A DNA stretch of 63,849 bases, counting the filler, from Octopus bimaculoides (Eukaryota): assembly GCF_001194135.2 (NCBI RefSeq). It is 8 parts of 7 records of this genome, joined end to end, with 100 filler letters (N's around TTAATTAATTAA, not from the genome) between each part and the next. Parts side by side here need not be neighbours in the genome. Positions count along the whole stretch, not along the records: positions 21,275 to 35,412 come from NC_068984.1; positions 35,513 to 40,335 come from NC_068986.1; 6 more parts are not named here. One strand, written 5' to 3'. The notes beneath the pieces are model-generated. The model was not told the DNA's origin and made no database searches. It saw only the letters and a program-made list of their open reading frames with translations. Below, piece after piece: positions 26,526 to 39,859 of this stretch (position 1 is its first letter; every line of letters starts with the position of its first letter). The position numbers and the translations under genes are program-made.

Positions 26526-26799
26526 TGTATTAATAGTTTTTCATGCTAATTATGAAAGTCACTGCCAGTTTCGGAGAAAATAATATTTTAAAATCTTACG
26601 AAATTTTCGAGATCGAATTTGTTTTGTTATATTTTGGGAATTTCTACCAATTAGATGCAACCAATACTTCCGAGATGTCGTGATTGGCTACATTGATCGG
26701 CTGAAATTAAGAATTTTAATCTGTAACAATAAGATGATAAGTCAGCGTTGATGAAATGATTATGAGTCGACATCAGTTCTTAATCATATATTTATTGTT

Positions 26800-28400
26800 A
26801 CTTTAGAAACAGTGTCGGAGCTAATAGGGGAGTAGGGGAGCGACTTCTCCACCCAACCACATTTTTTCAAAATTCGCGCTTTTTTTTTCATTTGTATGCT
26901 AAAAGATGTTTTTGATGCCATTCAAAGAAGGCGCACAGGCGCACACATACATGTACACACTTGTGCATGTATAATCAATGTGCATTACTCAACATTAGAG
27001 TTTAAGACTGGTATCTTTCGTCGAATATGATATGAGCATGTTACATAAGAAAATTCAATGAAAGGAAGAGAGAACATTTTACTGGGAAAGATCTCTAGCC
27101 CATTAAACAAAATGAATAGGTTAGTGAGATGAGGGACTAACGTACAGAAGGAAAGCAATATGGCTCGTATAAACCTGAGATAGCTATTCCTAAAGTTAAA
27201 TTCTCTTTTTTTATTACAGTTGGCCTGAAAGTTCTAGAATCTTCGGTCAAACTGTTCGGCAAGAAAACTTGCAAACTTCCTTTGAAGTATGCTGCATCAA
27301 CCATAATAAGTCAGCTAGTACGGAGTAGTCGAACCATATTCCCGTAGGTGTAAATACTGTTTATGGTGACATTTTCCCTTTTATGGAGATGCATTGGGTC
27401 GTAGTTCTGGACGAGGAAAATCTAAGAGCTATGGTTCAAAACGCAGCAGGGACATCGATACTCTTTCGACGTTGAAAAATTTTTTTTAAATGATTTGCCT
27501 TACTTTTTTAATAAGTGTACAAAACGAAATATAATTTTATTGCTTTTGTCTTAATTGAGCAGAGATATTTTCAGAAAATTTTGAAAGCTAGTTGGACCTA
27601 GAAATGCTCTATAAAGATTTTTATTAATACCCTGTAACGATAACTATCCCAGGTTTTTTCGTCTGAAAGTAGGCCTTTGAAATCTCTTTTAAGAGACATA
27701 TTTACTGTTTTATCAAGCAGCTCAACCAGTGTTCACCAATTTTAATTTGTTTTTGTAAAGAGAAGAACGATTGATTTACTTACTAGACAGTAAATTTTCT
27801 TATGAATCTTTGAGATATATTTGAGAAATTAGATACATTTAATCACACCTTGTCTGAAAAATGAAATAAAAGATGAAGAAAATTATCTCGGCTGATACAT
27901 TTCTAAAGAGTGTATCATTAATTTCTCAAAAGAGTAAAAGTTTAGTTTTTTTCATACAGTGTTTTCAATATATCAAGTTGAAAAGTCTTAAGGTGTGTTT
28001 TTAGGCTTTCAAATGACGCCATATAATATATTTTCTCATGTGGCTTCGGATGAAGCTTTAGTTTCTAAATGCGTAGTTAATGTAAATGTAGCATCGAATG
28101 TGAATGATCATGATGCAAAATAACATTGATATGTCATGGAGTTATTTACAATCTCTGTCACCAGGAATAGATTTAAGAATTTGTCTACAGTCGTAAAGAT
28201 TTTACTCATGTTTCTGTATGCTAATGCTAAAGAAGAATGTACGTTCAATGAAATCAAGCTTAACAATACTTTAAGTAGATTAAGGCTTAAGGTAAATGGT
28301 GCGCTGTCATTCTCTCATTACACTGAAAGGTGTAGAGCTATGATATAAATATACGTTACCAAGGAACGTGTTAATGCGTGCAAGGAAGGCAACCACGGAG
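26800..28400 (+). mobile_element. Degenerate DNA transposon remnant (hAT-like C-terminus)
   Basis: FKNLSTVVKILLMFLYANAKEECTFNEIK resembles the hAT dimerization region. Limits are uncertain. Confidence 0.4.
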
Positions 28401-28632
28401 TAAACTATAGAATACTTCGTTCACAATATTATAGCATTGGACGTGTTAAATGGTATTAAAGGCATTATGTTAGAAAACGAATAAACTTGAGCTCGAATTT
28501 TATGTGTGTACAGCGCCTTTATGACTTACTATATACATCTGGTGTGACAAAATTTGAAAATGGACCCGAATAAATTAACACGTACATCAGTGGTTAAACT
28601 TCTATACAAAATGTTTTAACAATTTTTCATAT

Positions 28633-28814
28633 AGGTGCAGGCGTGGCTGTGTGTTAAGAAGCTTGCTTCCTAACCTCATGGTTCCGGGTTCAGTCCCACT
28701 GCGTGGTACCTTGGGCAAGTATCTTCCACTATCGCCTCGGGCCGACCAAAGCCTTGTGAGTGGATTTGACAGACGGAAGCTGAAAAAAGCCCCTCATATA
28801 TGTATGTATGTCTG

Positions 28815-28855
<41 letters not shown>

Positions 28856-28904
28856 NNNNNNNNNNNNNNNNNNNNNNNNNNNNNNNNNNNNNNNNNNNNN
28901 NNNN

Positions 28905-28940
<36 letters not shown>

Positions 28941-29163
28941 TGTGTGTCTGTGTTTGTGTGTGTGTGTGTGTCTGTGTTTGTCCGCCTCCGTCGATTGACA
29001 ACCGATGTTAGTGTGTTTACGTCCCCGCAACTTAGCAGTTCGGCAAAAGAGATCGATAGGATAAGTACTAGGCCTACAAAGACTAAGTCCTGCCGGCGAT
29101 TTTGTTCGACTAAAGGTGGTGCTCCAGCATGGCCGCAGTCAAATGACTGAAACAAGTAAAAGA
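28633..29163 (+). mobile_element. SINE family B copy
   Basis: Bipartite structure, with a gap inside the internal (TA)n(TG)n. Confidence 0.9.
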
Positions 29164-29599
29164 AGACAATTCCTAATGATGTTTAGCTATAAAAATATAA
29201 GATTTTTTAAACATCGAATGGCAATGAAGGTCTGTCTGAGTAAAATAAGAATCGAAGGGGTTAACAGTTTAAAAAATGGTTGCGAGCCACTGATGTAAAT
29301 ATTTATTGGTGTATAATATGCACGACTGTATAAGACGCACTCCTAAAAGAAATTTCGAAAAATCTATATATATATAACATGCATCATATATAATGCATGT
29401 AATATATTCTTTTTCCCTCTAGACACAAGGCCCGAAATTTTGGGGGAGGGGGCCAGTCGATTGGTTCGACTCCAGTACAGAACACCCTGTATATACACAC
29501 AACGAGTTTCCACACATTTTCTGTCAACCAAATTCCCTCACAAGGCATTGATAAAAGAAGCTCTTGGTTTAACAAGGATGTTAAAGATGCCATCCGAGC

Positions 29600-30560
29600 A
29601 GAGAAAAAGGCTTACTTAGCTTAGCTTGGAATCAAGTCTCCCTTTTATGTAGACGGTACAACGAAGCGCGAAAAGCTGCAGCAGAGGCAGTAAAAATGTC
29701 CAAGGGAAGACTTTAGAAGTATCCAAATTGGAAGACTTTAAGGTTAAACTGGACTTGGACAGCAGATTGACCGACAAAGTATTCTGGGAGACCATCGACT
29801 GGTATGAAAGTAATACCAAAATCGGTAGGTTTTGAACCGGTCCGCTACTATTTGCAGATGACATGATGTTACTTGGCTCATCGGAAGTGATCTGGATGGG
29901 TGCTGCAAAATAGGGATGAGAATTAGTATTGCGAAGACTAAGATATTGGTTCTCTCAAGAAAGTCTTCCTAGTACACTCTGCTGAGACAAGTGGAGAAGT
30001 TTAAGTATCTTGGAGCCATATTTATGAATGATGGAAAGTAGGAGGCTGAATTTGTTGCTAGAATTGCTGTTGCTGGCACAGTAATGCTCCAGCATTAGCA
30101 TTCGATCCTCAAAAGAGGAGAGGTTGGTAAGAACAAGCCAAACTCAATATCTTCAGTTCGGTTTCCGTGCTTATCCTCACCTACGATCATAAACATTGGG
30201 TAATGACCGAAAGTGTAGGATCGCGAATACAAGTGGCCAAAATGGCGTTACTCGACAGTAACGTTACTGGACACGGTACGTAGCTCGGAGAACAGGGAGT
30301 CTCTCCAGGTCAAGTCATTACTTCTCCCTATTGAGAGGTCACAGCGCTGGTACTATGGATATGTGGCTAGAATGTCGCAGGGAAGAATCACAAGACGAAT
30401 TCTTCAAACTGAGCTGTACGACAGGAGACCTTGGGATAGATCAGGGACTTGATGGTTGGACAATATCCATAGCCTCAATTGGTAACGCTTGAGAATCCAG
30501 CTGGAAAGTGTAATGATGATTGATTTTAATAAGATCCTACGGAGGAAGCGCCAGAGGACT
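29600..30560 (+). mobile_element. Degenerate RTE-type LINE RT/C-terminal fragment
   Basis: LLFADDMMLL, EKFKYLG and WYYGYVARM motifs in order, with stops. Confidence 0.75.
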
Positions 30561-32705
30561 CTGACCTCAGAACCTTCCAAGGAGAAGATGGATGGATGGT
30601 GTGTGTGTGTGTGTTTTCCGCTGATGTATACCAGCAAAGGGTGCAAACATCGCCGAGAAAACCCAAAAACGTAGTAATGGTGTTTTGTGAACGAAGTCCC
30701 TTCCGATATTTGCCCTGGGACAGAGCCAGATTCAGACTCATAGAGGCCCTAAGCATTTAAAAGATTTTGGTGTCCCTACATATATGTAATTCAAAATATA
30801 AACACTAATAAACAATAGAATAAATTCTTCTTTTTTTTTCAAAATGAAGCAAAACTAACATTATGATGGAAAATAGTGTTTATTTTTGTATACCTCCTAT
30901 TTTGTTGATATTTGACAAGTTCTCTCCTACGTTTTTTTTAATAGCAAAGTCTTTGATCAGATCCTTACTATGACACCATGAACACATAGAAATTATATTT
31001 CTGATCATACGAACAACTTCCAATTTATTTTGTGTGTAGTAAACCATTTACCATTTTTGTGAGGCCCCCACTTTCTTTGATACCTAAACACGTCATGCTT
31101 ATTTTCTTAAATGGTTACTCCAGCGCTACCCTGGGGCAAGCGACAGATGATTTCTTGTCACAGTCACTGACAGAAATGCAATCAACTAGCGATTATCTTA
31201 TTGGAAACCAGTAACCTATGATGCGATTGCTTACCAAATAGTCATATGAAATGCATGAAATATAACTCCTTTGGGGTGAGGTATTGACGTCATAATTCTC
31301 AATTTCCAAACAGGAAGTCAATAAAACTGATTAGTTTTTTGGTATGTCTTATCATAAAAGTTATTTTATTTACCGCTTTAGAGCATTGGATAAATAGAAT
31401 AATAAAGAAATCCCTACCTATCTATCTATCTATCTATATATATATATATATATATATTGATAGAAAGGACAGCAAAAGAAAGAAAGAGACCTCGATATTA
31501 TGTAAATAGAGGAATTTATCCGTAAAAATATGTGATACTTATTCGGTAGCCATGATAAAACTCGGAGATTTATCATGGCTACCGAATAAGTGTCACATAT
31601 TTTTACATATATATNNNNNNNNNNNNNNNNNNNNNNNNNNNNNNNNNNNNNNNNNNNNNNNNNNNNNNNTATATATATATATTCATCCCAGCCTATCAAA
31701 CGGGAACTAACGTGTGCCTTTGCACGCATACATATGAAAATAAAACTAACTTCGAATGTAAATAAGCTATAAATAGGCAAACACTACAGAACCTAAGTAT
31801 CAACTATACTTTTTGAGGATAAAAATACCTCACTGCTTAGTTAATACAGTCTACCAAGAAGAAGAAGAAGAAGAAGAAGAAGAAGAAGAAGATAAACGGT
31901 AGTGGTAGTCTGTATGGATGCCAGTGTCGACATCAGCAGAGTAAAGAAATACAAGCTTGACATTTTTCGTTGAGTCTAGTTCCTTCTGTCTTTCATATTT
32001 ACTGAATTAAACTGTTTGATAACTTAGATATATTTCCATGTTATTTAGTAATGATATCGTTGTCATCGCCGTTGTTGTTGTTGTTGTTGTATCTGACGTT
32101 TGTGTTGCTGAGGTTGATGTTGTTGATGTTATTGTAATAAACGCAATACAAATCTTGTTTATATACTAATGGAGTTCTTGACGTATCAACTTCCGACATT
32201 GGCTCCGCAGCCATAAATAAGAGCAACAAAAATAAACAGAACAGCTATGTATTCCCCTTTGAATAATATCTGTGTTTATCTTTGATAAGACGACGTAGGT
32301 TTTTAGCAAATCACTCATCTTGCTTCACCGTATCACATTCAGTGACCGTCATTAGGTCAAAGGTTAAAGGTGTATAATGTCAATAAGTCGTGCCCAATAA
32401 GTAATATAACTCACATAAAATATCTGAAGAGCTTTCACGTCATTTAAAACACTACCAGTAGCTTTCTGCAATTTGAAATTCGCTTTGAATCGAGTTATTT
32501 CAGGAGGTCTCTAGAGATTGGTAGACCGATAATTGGCACTTCGTAAATGCACGTGTTTGATGCTGGGAATGTCCTTGTGCTGGTTCACTGCTTGTTGCTG
32601 TTTAGCTCTAAGCCAACCCCTGACCGAATGCGCCTATAATTCAAAAGCGTTGCAGCCGTGACAATCTCGTCTTAGTCTATATCTAAGATTTTGTCTGTAT
32701 ATATC

Positions 32706-32763
<58 letters not shown>

Positions 32764-32851
32764 TTCGTTCTCTCTCTCCCACCCTTTCTCTCTCCGTTTC
32801 TCTCTCCGTNNNNNNNNNNTCCGTTTCTCTCTCCGTTTCTCTCGCACTCGC

Positions 32852-32892
<41 letters not shown>

Positions 32893-33114
32893 TATATATA
32901 TATATATCTGTCATATCTAATGACATTAGCTATTGCCTCTTCTTTTCTTTAAGACGTTAGAGTGTGTTTAGCGCAAGACTAGGCTGCTACTTCTAGCAAT
33001 CATATCTTCCCCAAGCGTCCTCGTTGATGTTAGACTGACCCAAGATGAGAATGGACCAGAATAGATTTAAATTTCTGCATTAACATCTTCACACGCATAG
33101 ACATGAACTTCATA

Positions 33115-33180
33115 GCGTGGGTGTAGCATAGGCGTTGCGTGGGCGTAGCGTGGGCGTAGCGTGGGCGTAGCGTGGGCGTA
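33115..33180 (+). repeat. 11-bp tandem repeat GCGTGGGCGTA x6
   Basis: Four perfect and two degenerate units. Confidence 0.95.
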
Positions 33181-33699
33181 GCGTAGTTATAGCGTTGTTT
33201 TTGACAACCTTGTAACAGCAATTGAATTGTCCACTCCTTTCTTTAACCGTAACATACTTTCGACCCTAGCAAACTCTCGTATATACAGTGACCGCCCTGT
33301 ACGGTCTGCACACTCCACACTACGCCACTACTTCATAAGTTAATTTTAACAGTGATTACGAACCCAAATGATAGTCGACGTCATTACTAAACGACTGAAA
33401 AATCTAAAAACTCGCTGTCGTTAGATGGCCTCATACAATGTAATGTTACGCATTGTGATCTAGATTTATGATACAATTAAAGAACAAATTTAATTAAGAT
33501 CTACTGTCATAAAATTATGAAGCAAGTTAAAGCAGCAGGTTTAATCCCGAATATTCAGGTTTATTCACCGTTAATTCAGTTGAAGATTAACAGTGAAAAG
33601 CTGAGTAGAAGAGACTATATTTGAAATGAGGACAGCGCTGTCTTAAGGCATACACACTGGCCAATTGGATGGGAGCCCCGCGTATCTAAGAGTCCAATG

Positions 33700-33960
33700 T
33701 TAATCTATGTATGTTGTGGTTTGCTGGAAGTCTATAATATTACCGACATTGCTTTGCCCCGAGGTGGTGCTACAGAGATGTTGAGATAGCTCTAAATGAA
33801 GGTCCACGTTGCGGTTTTTTCTCGTACTTTGGTTTTTAAAGAAAGCATTCAATGTCGTCTCCGTGAAGCAATTCACGGTAGCAGCAGTAGCGTAGCTAAT
33901 AGAAGAGCCAGCGGCGCGACCGCTCCGCACAGGCACATTTTTCAAAACTGGCACATTTTT
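33700..33960 (-). mobile_element. Possible hAT transposase C-terminal remnant
   Basis: ATAATVNCFTE...STRKNRNVDLHLELSQHLCS, weak similarity only. Confidence 0.35.
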
Positions 33961-34779
33961 AACAATTTTCTTTTAATTCTTTTGTTACCTATATCAGTTT
34001 TCGTAAGTTCCAAATATAATGGGATTATAACTGAAACATGAAACTAATGAATGTAGCATATAATTACGTATATTATAACTAATGGAATATTTCGTCAGCA
34101 GTCTAAAGAAATACAAGCTTGACATTTTTCGTTGAGTCTAGTTCCTTCTGTCTTTCATATTTACTGAATTAAACTGTTTGATAACTAAGATATATTTCCA
34201 TGTTATTTAGTAATGATATCGTTGTCATCGCCGTTGTTGTTGTTGTTGTTGTTGTATCTGACATTTCTGTTGCTGAGGTTGATGTTGTTGTTGTTGTTGT
34301 AATAAACGCAATACAAGTCTTGCTTATATATCAATGGAGTTCTGCATTGTTTGGTATGTGTCACGGTGGCTTTTTTTTTTATGTGTTCGTTCCCGCTTAT
34401 TTTAGAATCTGGTTGCACCTCTGGAAAGCGGGATTCGATAACCAGAAAACTTCTTGACTTGCAGCCAAGCTTCGTATTAGGATCATTTTCAGTAAATTAG
34501 TGTCCGTGACTTCTGTAAATTTTAATGAAGCTGCAACTGGGGAATTCAGCTGTAAGTATTCTTTCAGAATGTTACTAGCTCTACAATAGGGTCTCCTAGT
34601 GCAGTCCAGATGCGTTACTGTGCTAACTCCAGCAGCTCATCAATAGATAAACTCATAATGGAATCGAAGGTTCATGATACCTGTGGAGATCACATTGCCC
34701 CATTACAATTATTTTCTGTAGTCTTAGGATCTGGAACTCGAAGAAGCTTACAAGCGGATGCAATTCAATGGTTGTTTAT

Positions 34780-35230
34780 TTTAGTTCTCATTCATGGGGC
34801 TCGTTCCCGATGACCATCTGTATGGCAGCGCGCGGTTGCGCTATTGCTACGCCACTCACGTAAGGTACATTACCTCGGGAGATAACGGGTAAAGTTAGAG
34901 CAGGATAAGAATCCGCCGTGAGCTGCCAGTTTGCAGTGTCTCTCAGCGTAGCGAGAAAGAGAAAAGAGGGATCGAATTCTTTAATACGCCTGCTTAAATA
35001 AACGTTGCCCACGAGAGTCTCACTGTGGTCTCTCGCACAGCAACATGGTTGTAGGCGAGATCTCACTCTTGTATCGGACACGGTAATGGCTGCCGGTGAG
35101 ATCTCGTACAAAATGGCGCTGGCTTTTTGAGTCACGCTACAAACTCTGACCATGTGACTCGATTGACTCTTTCACATTTTGCATTCTACTTTCATTGGCC
35201 ATTTCAATGACGTCATCGATGACAGCGGGC
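34780..35230 (-). promoter_or_regulatory. CpG-rich promoter-like region with a possible non-coding first exon
   Basis: CRE TGACGTCA (35208), CCAAT on the minus strand (35194), AP-1 TGAGTCA (35128), YY1-like CAAAATGGCG (35109). Minus-strand donors GAG|GTAATG (34873) and GTGAGT (34859). Confidence 0.5.
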
Positions 35231-35360
35231 AATAGAAAAATTACAGGAAATCATTGCATCCTTCTAACCATAACTTCTGATAATCAATTCTCATTTACTT
35301 CATCCTAGCCTGCTTTGGTATTTTTTATGGATGATATGGTAGCCTCTGATAAATTGTTTA

Positions 35361-35412
<52 letters not shown>

Positions 35413-35512
35413 NNNNNNNNNNNNNNNNNNNNNNNNNNNNNNNNNNNNNNNNNNNNTTAATTAATTAANNNNNNNNNNNNNNNNNNNNNNNNNNNNNNNN
35501 NNNNNNNNNNNN
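35413..35512. other. Artificial contig spacer
   Basis: Identical 44+12+44 layout. Confidence 0.97.
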
Positions 35513-36017
35513 GAGGGGGAGGAGGAGGAGGAGGAGGAAATGTACTGTGATTGCAAGATGACAGTTGAAGAGACATGAGACGAAAGCTAGTCATCAGGTG
35601 AGAGTAGAAACACCTGTTTGACATCTTTGGGGGTTTTTTTCTCTTCTTAGAAAACAATATTCTCCCACACAATACAAGGTTAGTTGGTTGGTTGGTTAGC
35701 TGGCTGGGCGACCGGTTGGTTGACGAAGGTTGCTAGGATGCGCATAATAAATCCGGAAGTTCATAGAATACGGCTGTGTAGAATAGATATTTGCTTTGAA
35801 GGTAACGAGGAGTGATGTTGTAATGACTAAGGAAACACACATACACACTATACACCCTCCCCCCCACACACATACATACATACATACATACATACATACA
35901 TACATACATACATACTTACATATACCTTCGTCACGCATAAATATATAAATGTATTTATCATTTATCTGCCTGAATATATGCATATATATACATATATAAT
36001 TACGTACACACACACAC

Positions 36018-36062
<45 letters not shown>

Positions 36063-36479
36063 TAATGCATAAGCTCATGCATACACAAACATATGTATAC
36101 ACACATACATGTATGTTAATGTATGTATGTATAATCCATGTCCTGCCATTGGTGGCAGTTAACAAGTCCTTGACTTAACTCGTTGTTCACCGCTACAATT
36201 CTAATATCCCGACAAACAGTTAAACAAACCACGAACAAACACAACAGAACATAATTGGAGACTGAAGCTGCTGTTGCTGCTGTTGCTGTCCCTGGTCCAC
36301 AAAAGATCGGGTGGAGGCCAGGTGTGCATACATAAGGCTTGGGAGGTCCTTCTTCCTTAAAAATTAAATTTAAGGACAAACACACAAATACAAGTAAATT
36401 GCGGTGAATAAGAAAACTTTTCGAACTTTTACAAGACAAGATTAACGAAAGCGTTATTAGAGATGCGAGGTTAAAATCG

Positions 36480-36600
36480 AAATCGACTGATTTCTCGTGA
36501 GAATAAACAATTTGGCAAAAGATTGGAAGTAATTTGCTAATAGAAGAAAGTACTACTTCCGGTTGTCATGCGCACGCGTGCATGCACTCCCACGTGCAGT
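36480..36600. promoter_or_regulatory. Housekeeping-type promoter motif cluster
   Basis: TCTCGTGAGA (36493), ETS ACTTCCGG (36555), NRF1-like TGCGCACGCG (36569) and E-box CACGTG (36591) within 105 bp. Confidence 0.5.
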
Positions 36601-36786
36601 AGTGGATCCAGTGTCGTGTTTCAATATTTTGAACCAGCATAACTGTTTGTTCGTTGTGTTACGGCGAATGTGGTTGAATATTCTGCAAACACTTGTGACC
36701 TTTGCACGGTTTGAATAAAAAAGAAACTACTTAATCAACAACAAAACCACAACCTATCAAACCACTATCACCTCTACTAACATCAA

Positions 36787-36822
<36 letters not shown>

Positions 36823-37754
36823 TACTACTATTCTTCCGCTTCGCACTGTCATAAAGAGGAGTAAAAGTATGAGAGAAGGGGCCAGAGAAAAACAGGTTTC
36901 TCGATGTAGAGGAGCGACCTGACCACTCACATTTTAGAAGAGAGGATGGAAATGATCGAATGGAGCTGGAAAGCGATAAAAATAGCGATGAAGAGTTAAG
37001 GTGGACCTTCAATGTACGAAGGGGGAATAAATGACTGGGACAGAGAGACCGAGGATGAGGGGCAGTAGATGACTGATGTGGAAGCTCATAGGTTGGATTG
37101 GTCATGTTGTGTAGTAGACTTCATTCGTCACCCAGTTTAGCATCATTGGGCTCTTGATTGGAGTCCACTTTGTTAGAAGTCGGGTATGGTATTTTCCTTT
37201 CTTTACACCTGTTTCAGAAACCATATGACAAGTTCATGGGCTCTACCTTTCTTCCTCTGACTTAGCTTTAAAAAATTAGTGAGCTGAGAATATAATTGCT
37301 AATATCGGCTGAAAGATTTAAATTGTACACTTTTGGATAATCATGCAAAAGTTCTCGAGGAAGAATTTTTATATGTATCGACAGATTGATATGAATCCAT
37401 TATATTTGCAGCGTATTGAAATTGGAGTCGAAAATGTTAAGTTTCTTTGTACGGCTGATATTGTAGTCCTTTAAACCATTCTTTGCCCATGTGATGTTTA
37501 ACAACAGTGGTGTTGTTTCATTAGTACCAGACATAGCATTCTTCACAAATTTCAATAATGTTTCACATCAAACACCTGACTATTCGGGCCGATGTCTTAT
37601 TGTCGCAGAAATAGCTATTTCCTGCAGGACTTCACAAATCCGAGTCTATTCATATTTTGATCCAGGTAAATTGGTAATTACCCCCGTTACTTTGTATGTA
37701 TGTATGTATGTATGTATGTATGTATGTATGTATGTATGTATGTATGTATGTATA

Positions 37755-38756
37755 TCATTATTCAGTTTATTTCAAGATTTCTTGCCAATAGAGAAAGAAA
37801 CCTGAACTTGTAATCTGGATAGAAGAACTGCAGAATTCTCAATAGTTCAGCGTAGGTGTTCTTTGTTTCACTGACCTTCAGCTTTCTGTTAACATCCGCT
37901 GGGCAGCTATTTTCCACAACTGTGCACAGTGTCTCTTCCCTATCCCAAATCATTATATCAGGTCTGTTATGCTTACATTTTATTGCGGTTGTCACTGGGA
38001 CATTCCACCAGCATTCCTTTTCATTATGAGTGGCTATGGCTTCTTATTTCTTTGTCCTTCCGACGGATTTCATTATAGAGAGTCCTAGCTACAACGTAAT
38101 GTCTCATCGGTAGATAATACCGTGGTGACATTTATGGACAACTGCTTATGATGTGGGTGATATCTTCAGTGTGATATCTTGGTTGTCACATTTTACGGCT
38201 TTTCCTGCATCTCTATCCCTTTTGTGCATCAGGTACTTGGTCGACATTTCTTGTGTCTGGATTGCAAACGCTTACCCTTTAAAGTGGGAGGTAGTAATCC
38301 GGCTATTCGTCCGTGATAAACTGCTTTGATGATCGATGTTACTATCGTCACGGAGCTTTCTACTAACATATCCATGCATAATCTTCTGCTCATATAGACT
38401 CATCCTTTCTTCTGATGATATTTGCGACTTCTTTGGGCATGTATTCTAGGTTATCAGACAAAGATTGTTGATAAAGGAGCTGCCTTCCAAGTCCTATGAT
38501 GTTATCAGCCTCGTGGATGCAAACTTGGTCAAGGGATGCACTTCGACACTTGGTGATTAAAAGATGTTGCTGAAGGGATATGATACGACATTCGAAGACA
38601 TTTTGGATCGATGTTAAACCTCTTCCTCCTTGTTTTCGTTTTAGGCAGAGGCGGTCTACGTCACTGTTTATGTGAAAATTGTGTGCTTGTTAGTATTTTT
38701 CGGGTTTTCACATCAATGGCTCGGATCTCATCAAACGTCCAATCAAGCAGCCCAAA
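37755..38756 (-). mobile_element. 5'-truncated R4/Dong-clade non-LTR retrotransposon (RT end, zinc finger, RLE endonuclease, 3' UTR)
   Basis: Peptides FGLLDWTFDEIRAIDVKTRKILT, SDVDRLCLKRKQGGRGL, EDITHIISSCP and HNRPDIMIWD...VENSCPAD. Flanked on both sides by (TATG)n. Confidence 0.85.
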
Positions 38757-39250
38757 TGTATGTATGTATGTGTGTATGTATGTATGTATGTATGCATCTA
38801 TGTATGTATGCATGTATACATGTATGTGTACATTCATATGTGTATGGGTTTGTGTATAAATCACAGTATATGATATTATTATGTAAGATATCTCCTATTA
38901 GGTAGAGAAAAAATAAAATTATTTAACCCTCTGTGTAAAGAATTTCTAATAGGACTTACCATACATATGTTTTCTACTACATGTACAATTTTGTAACACC
39001 TATTAGTAAATGAAACACGTGTAATGGTGAATAAATAATACCAAAGAAATTTTCCAATCTACCGTTTTGATATGTAGTTACTCTTCAAGTACTATTTCCC
39101 AGTATTTTTCAACTCTCACCAAGATAACATCTGCATCCAATTTTGGTGCATTGGAATAAACAGATGTGCTTCAAGGGGACACAGCTTGAATTGTAACCTT
39201 ATCTACATAACATACATATCTATCTATCCATCCATCCATCCATCTATCTA

Positions 39251-39318
<68 letters not shown>

Positions 39319-39454
39319 NNNNNNNNNNNNNNNNNNNNNNNNNNNNNNNNNNNNNNNNNNNNNNNNNNNNNNNNNNNNNNNNNNNNNNNNNNNNNNNNNN
39401 NNNNNNNNNNNNNNNNNNNNNNNNNNNNNNNNNNNNNNNNNNNNNNNNNNNNNN

Positions 39455-39840
39455 CCGCATGGTTCTGGGTTCAGTCACACTGCGTGGCACCTTGGGCAAG
39501 TGTTTTCTACTATAGCCTCGGGCCGACCAAAGCCTTGTGAATGGATTTGGTAGACGGAAACTGAAAGAAGCCCGTCGTATATGTGTATATATATATATAT
39601 GTATGTGCGTGTATATGTTTGTGTGTGTATATGTTTGTGTGTCTGTGTTTGCCCCGCCCCCACCCTCGCTTGACAACCGATGTTGGTGTGTTTACGCCCC
39701 CGTAACTTAGCGGTTCGGCAAAAAGTGACCGATAGAATAAGTACTAGGCTTACAAAGAATAAGTCCTGGGGTCGATTTGCTCGACTAAAGGCGGTGCTCC
39801 TGCATGGCCACAGTCAAATGACTGAAACAAGTAAAAGAGT
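39455..39840 (+). mobile_element. SINE family B copy
   Basis: Head truncated by a gap. The rest is close to consensus. Confidence 0.9.
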
Positions 39841-39859
39841 AATATATATCTGATGGATT

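Larger units (their letters stand above)
31933..34343 (+). repeat. Direct repeat pair of about 246 bp (31933-32178 and 34095-34343)
   Basis: Near-identical sequence by visual alignment. Confidence 0.92.
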
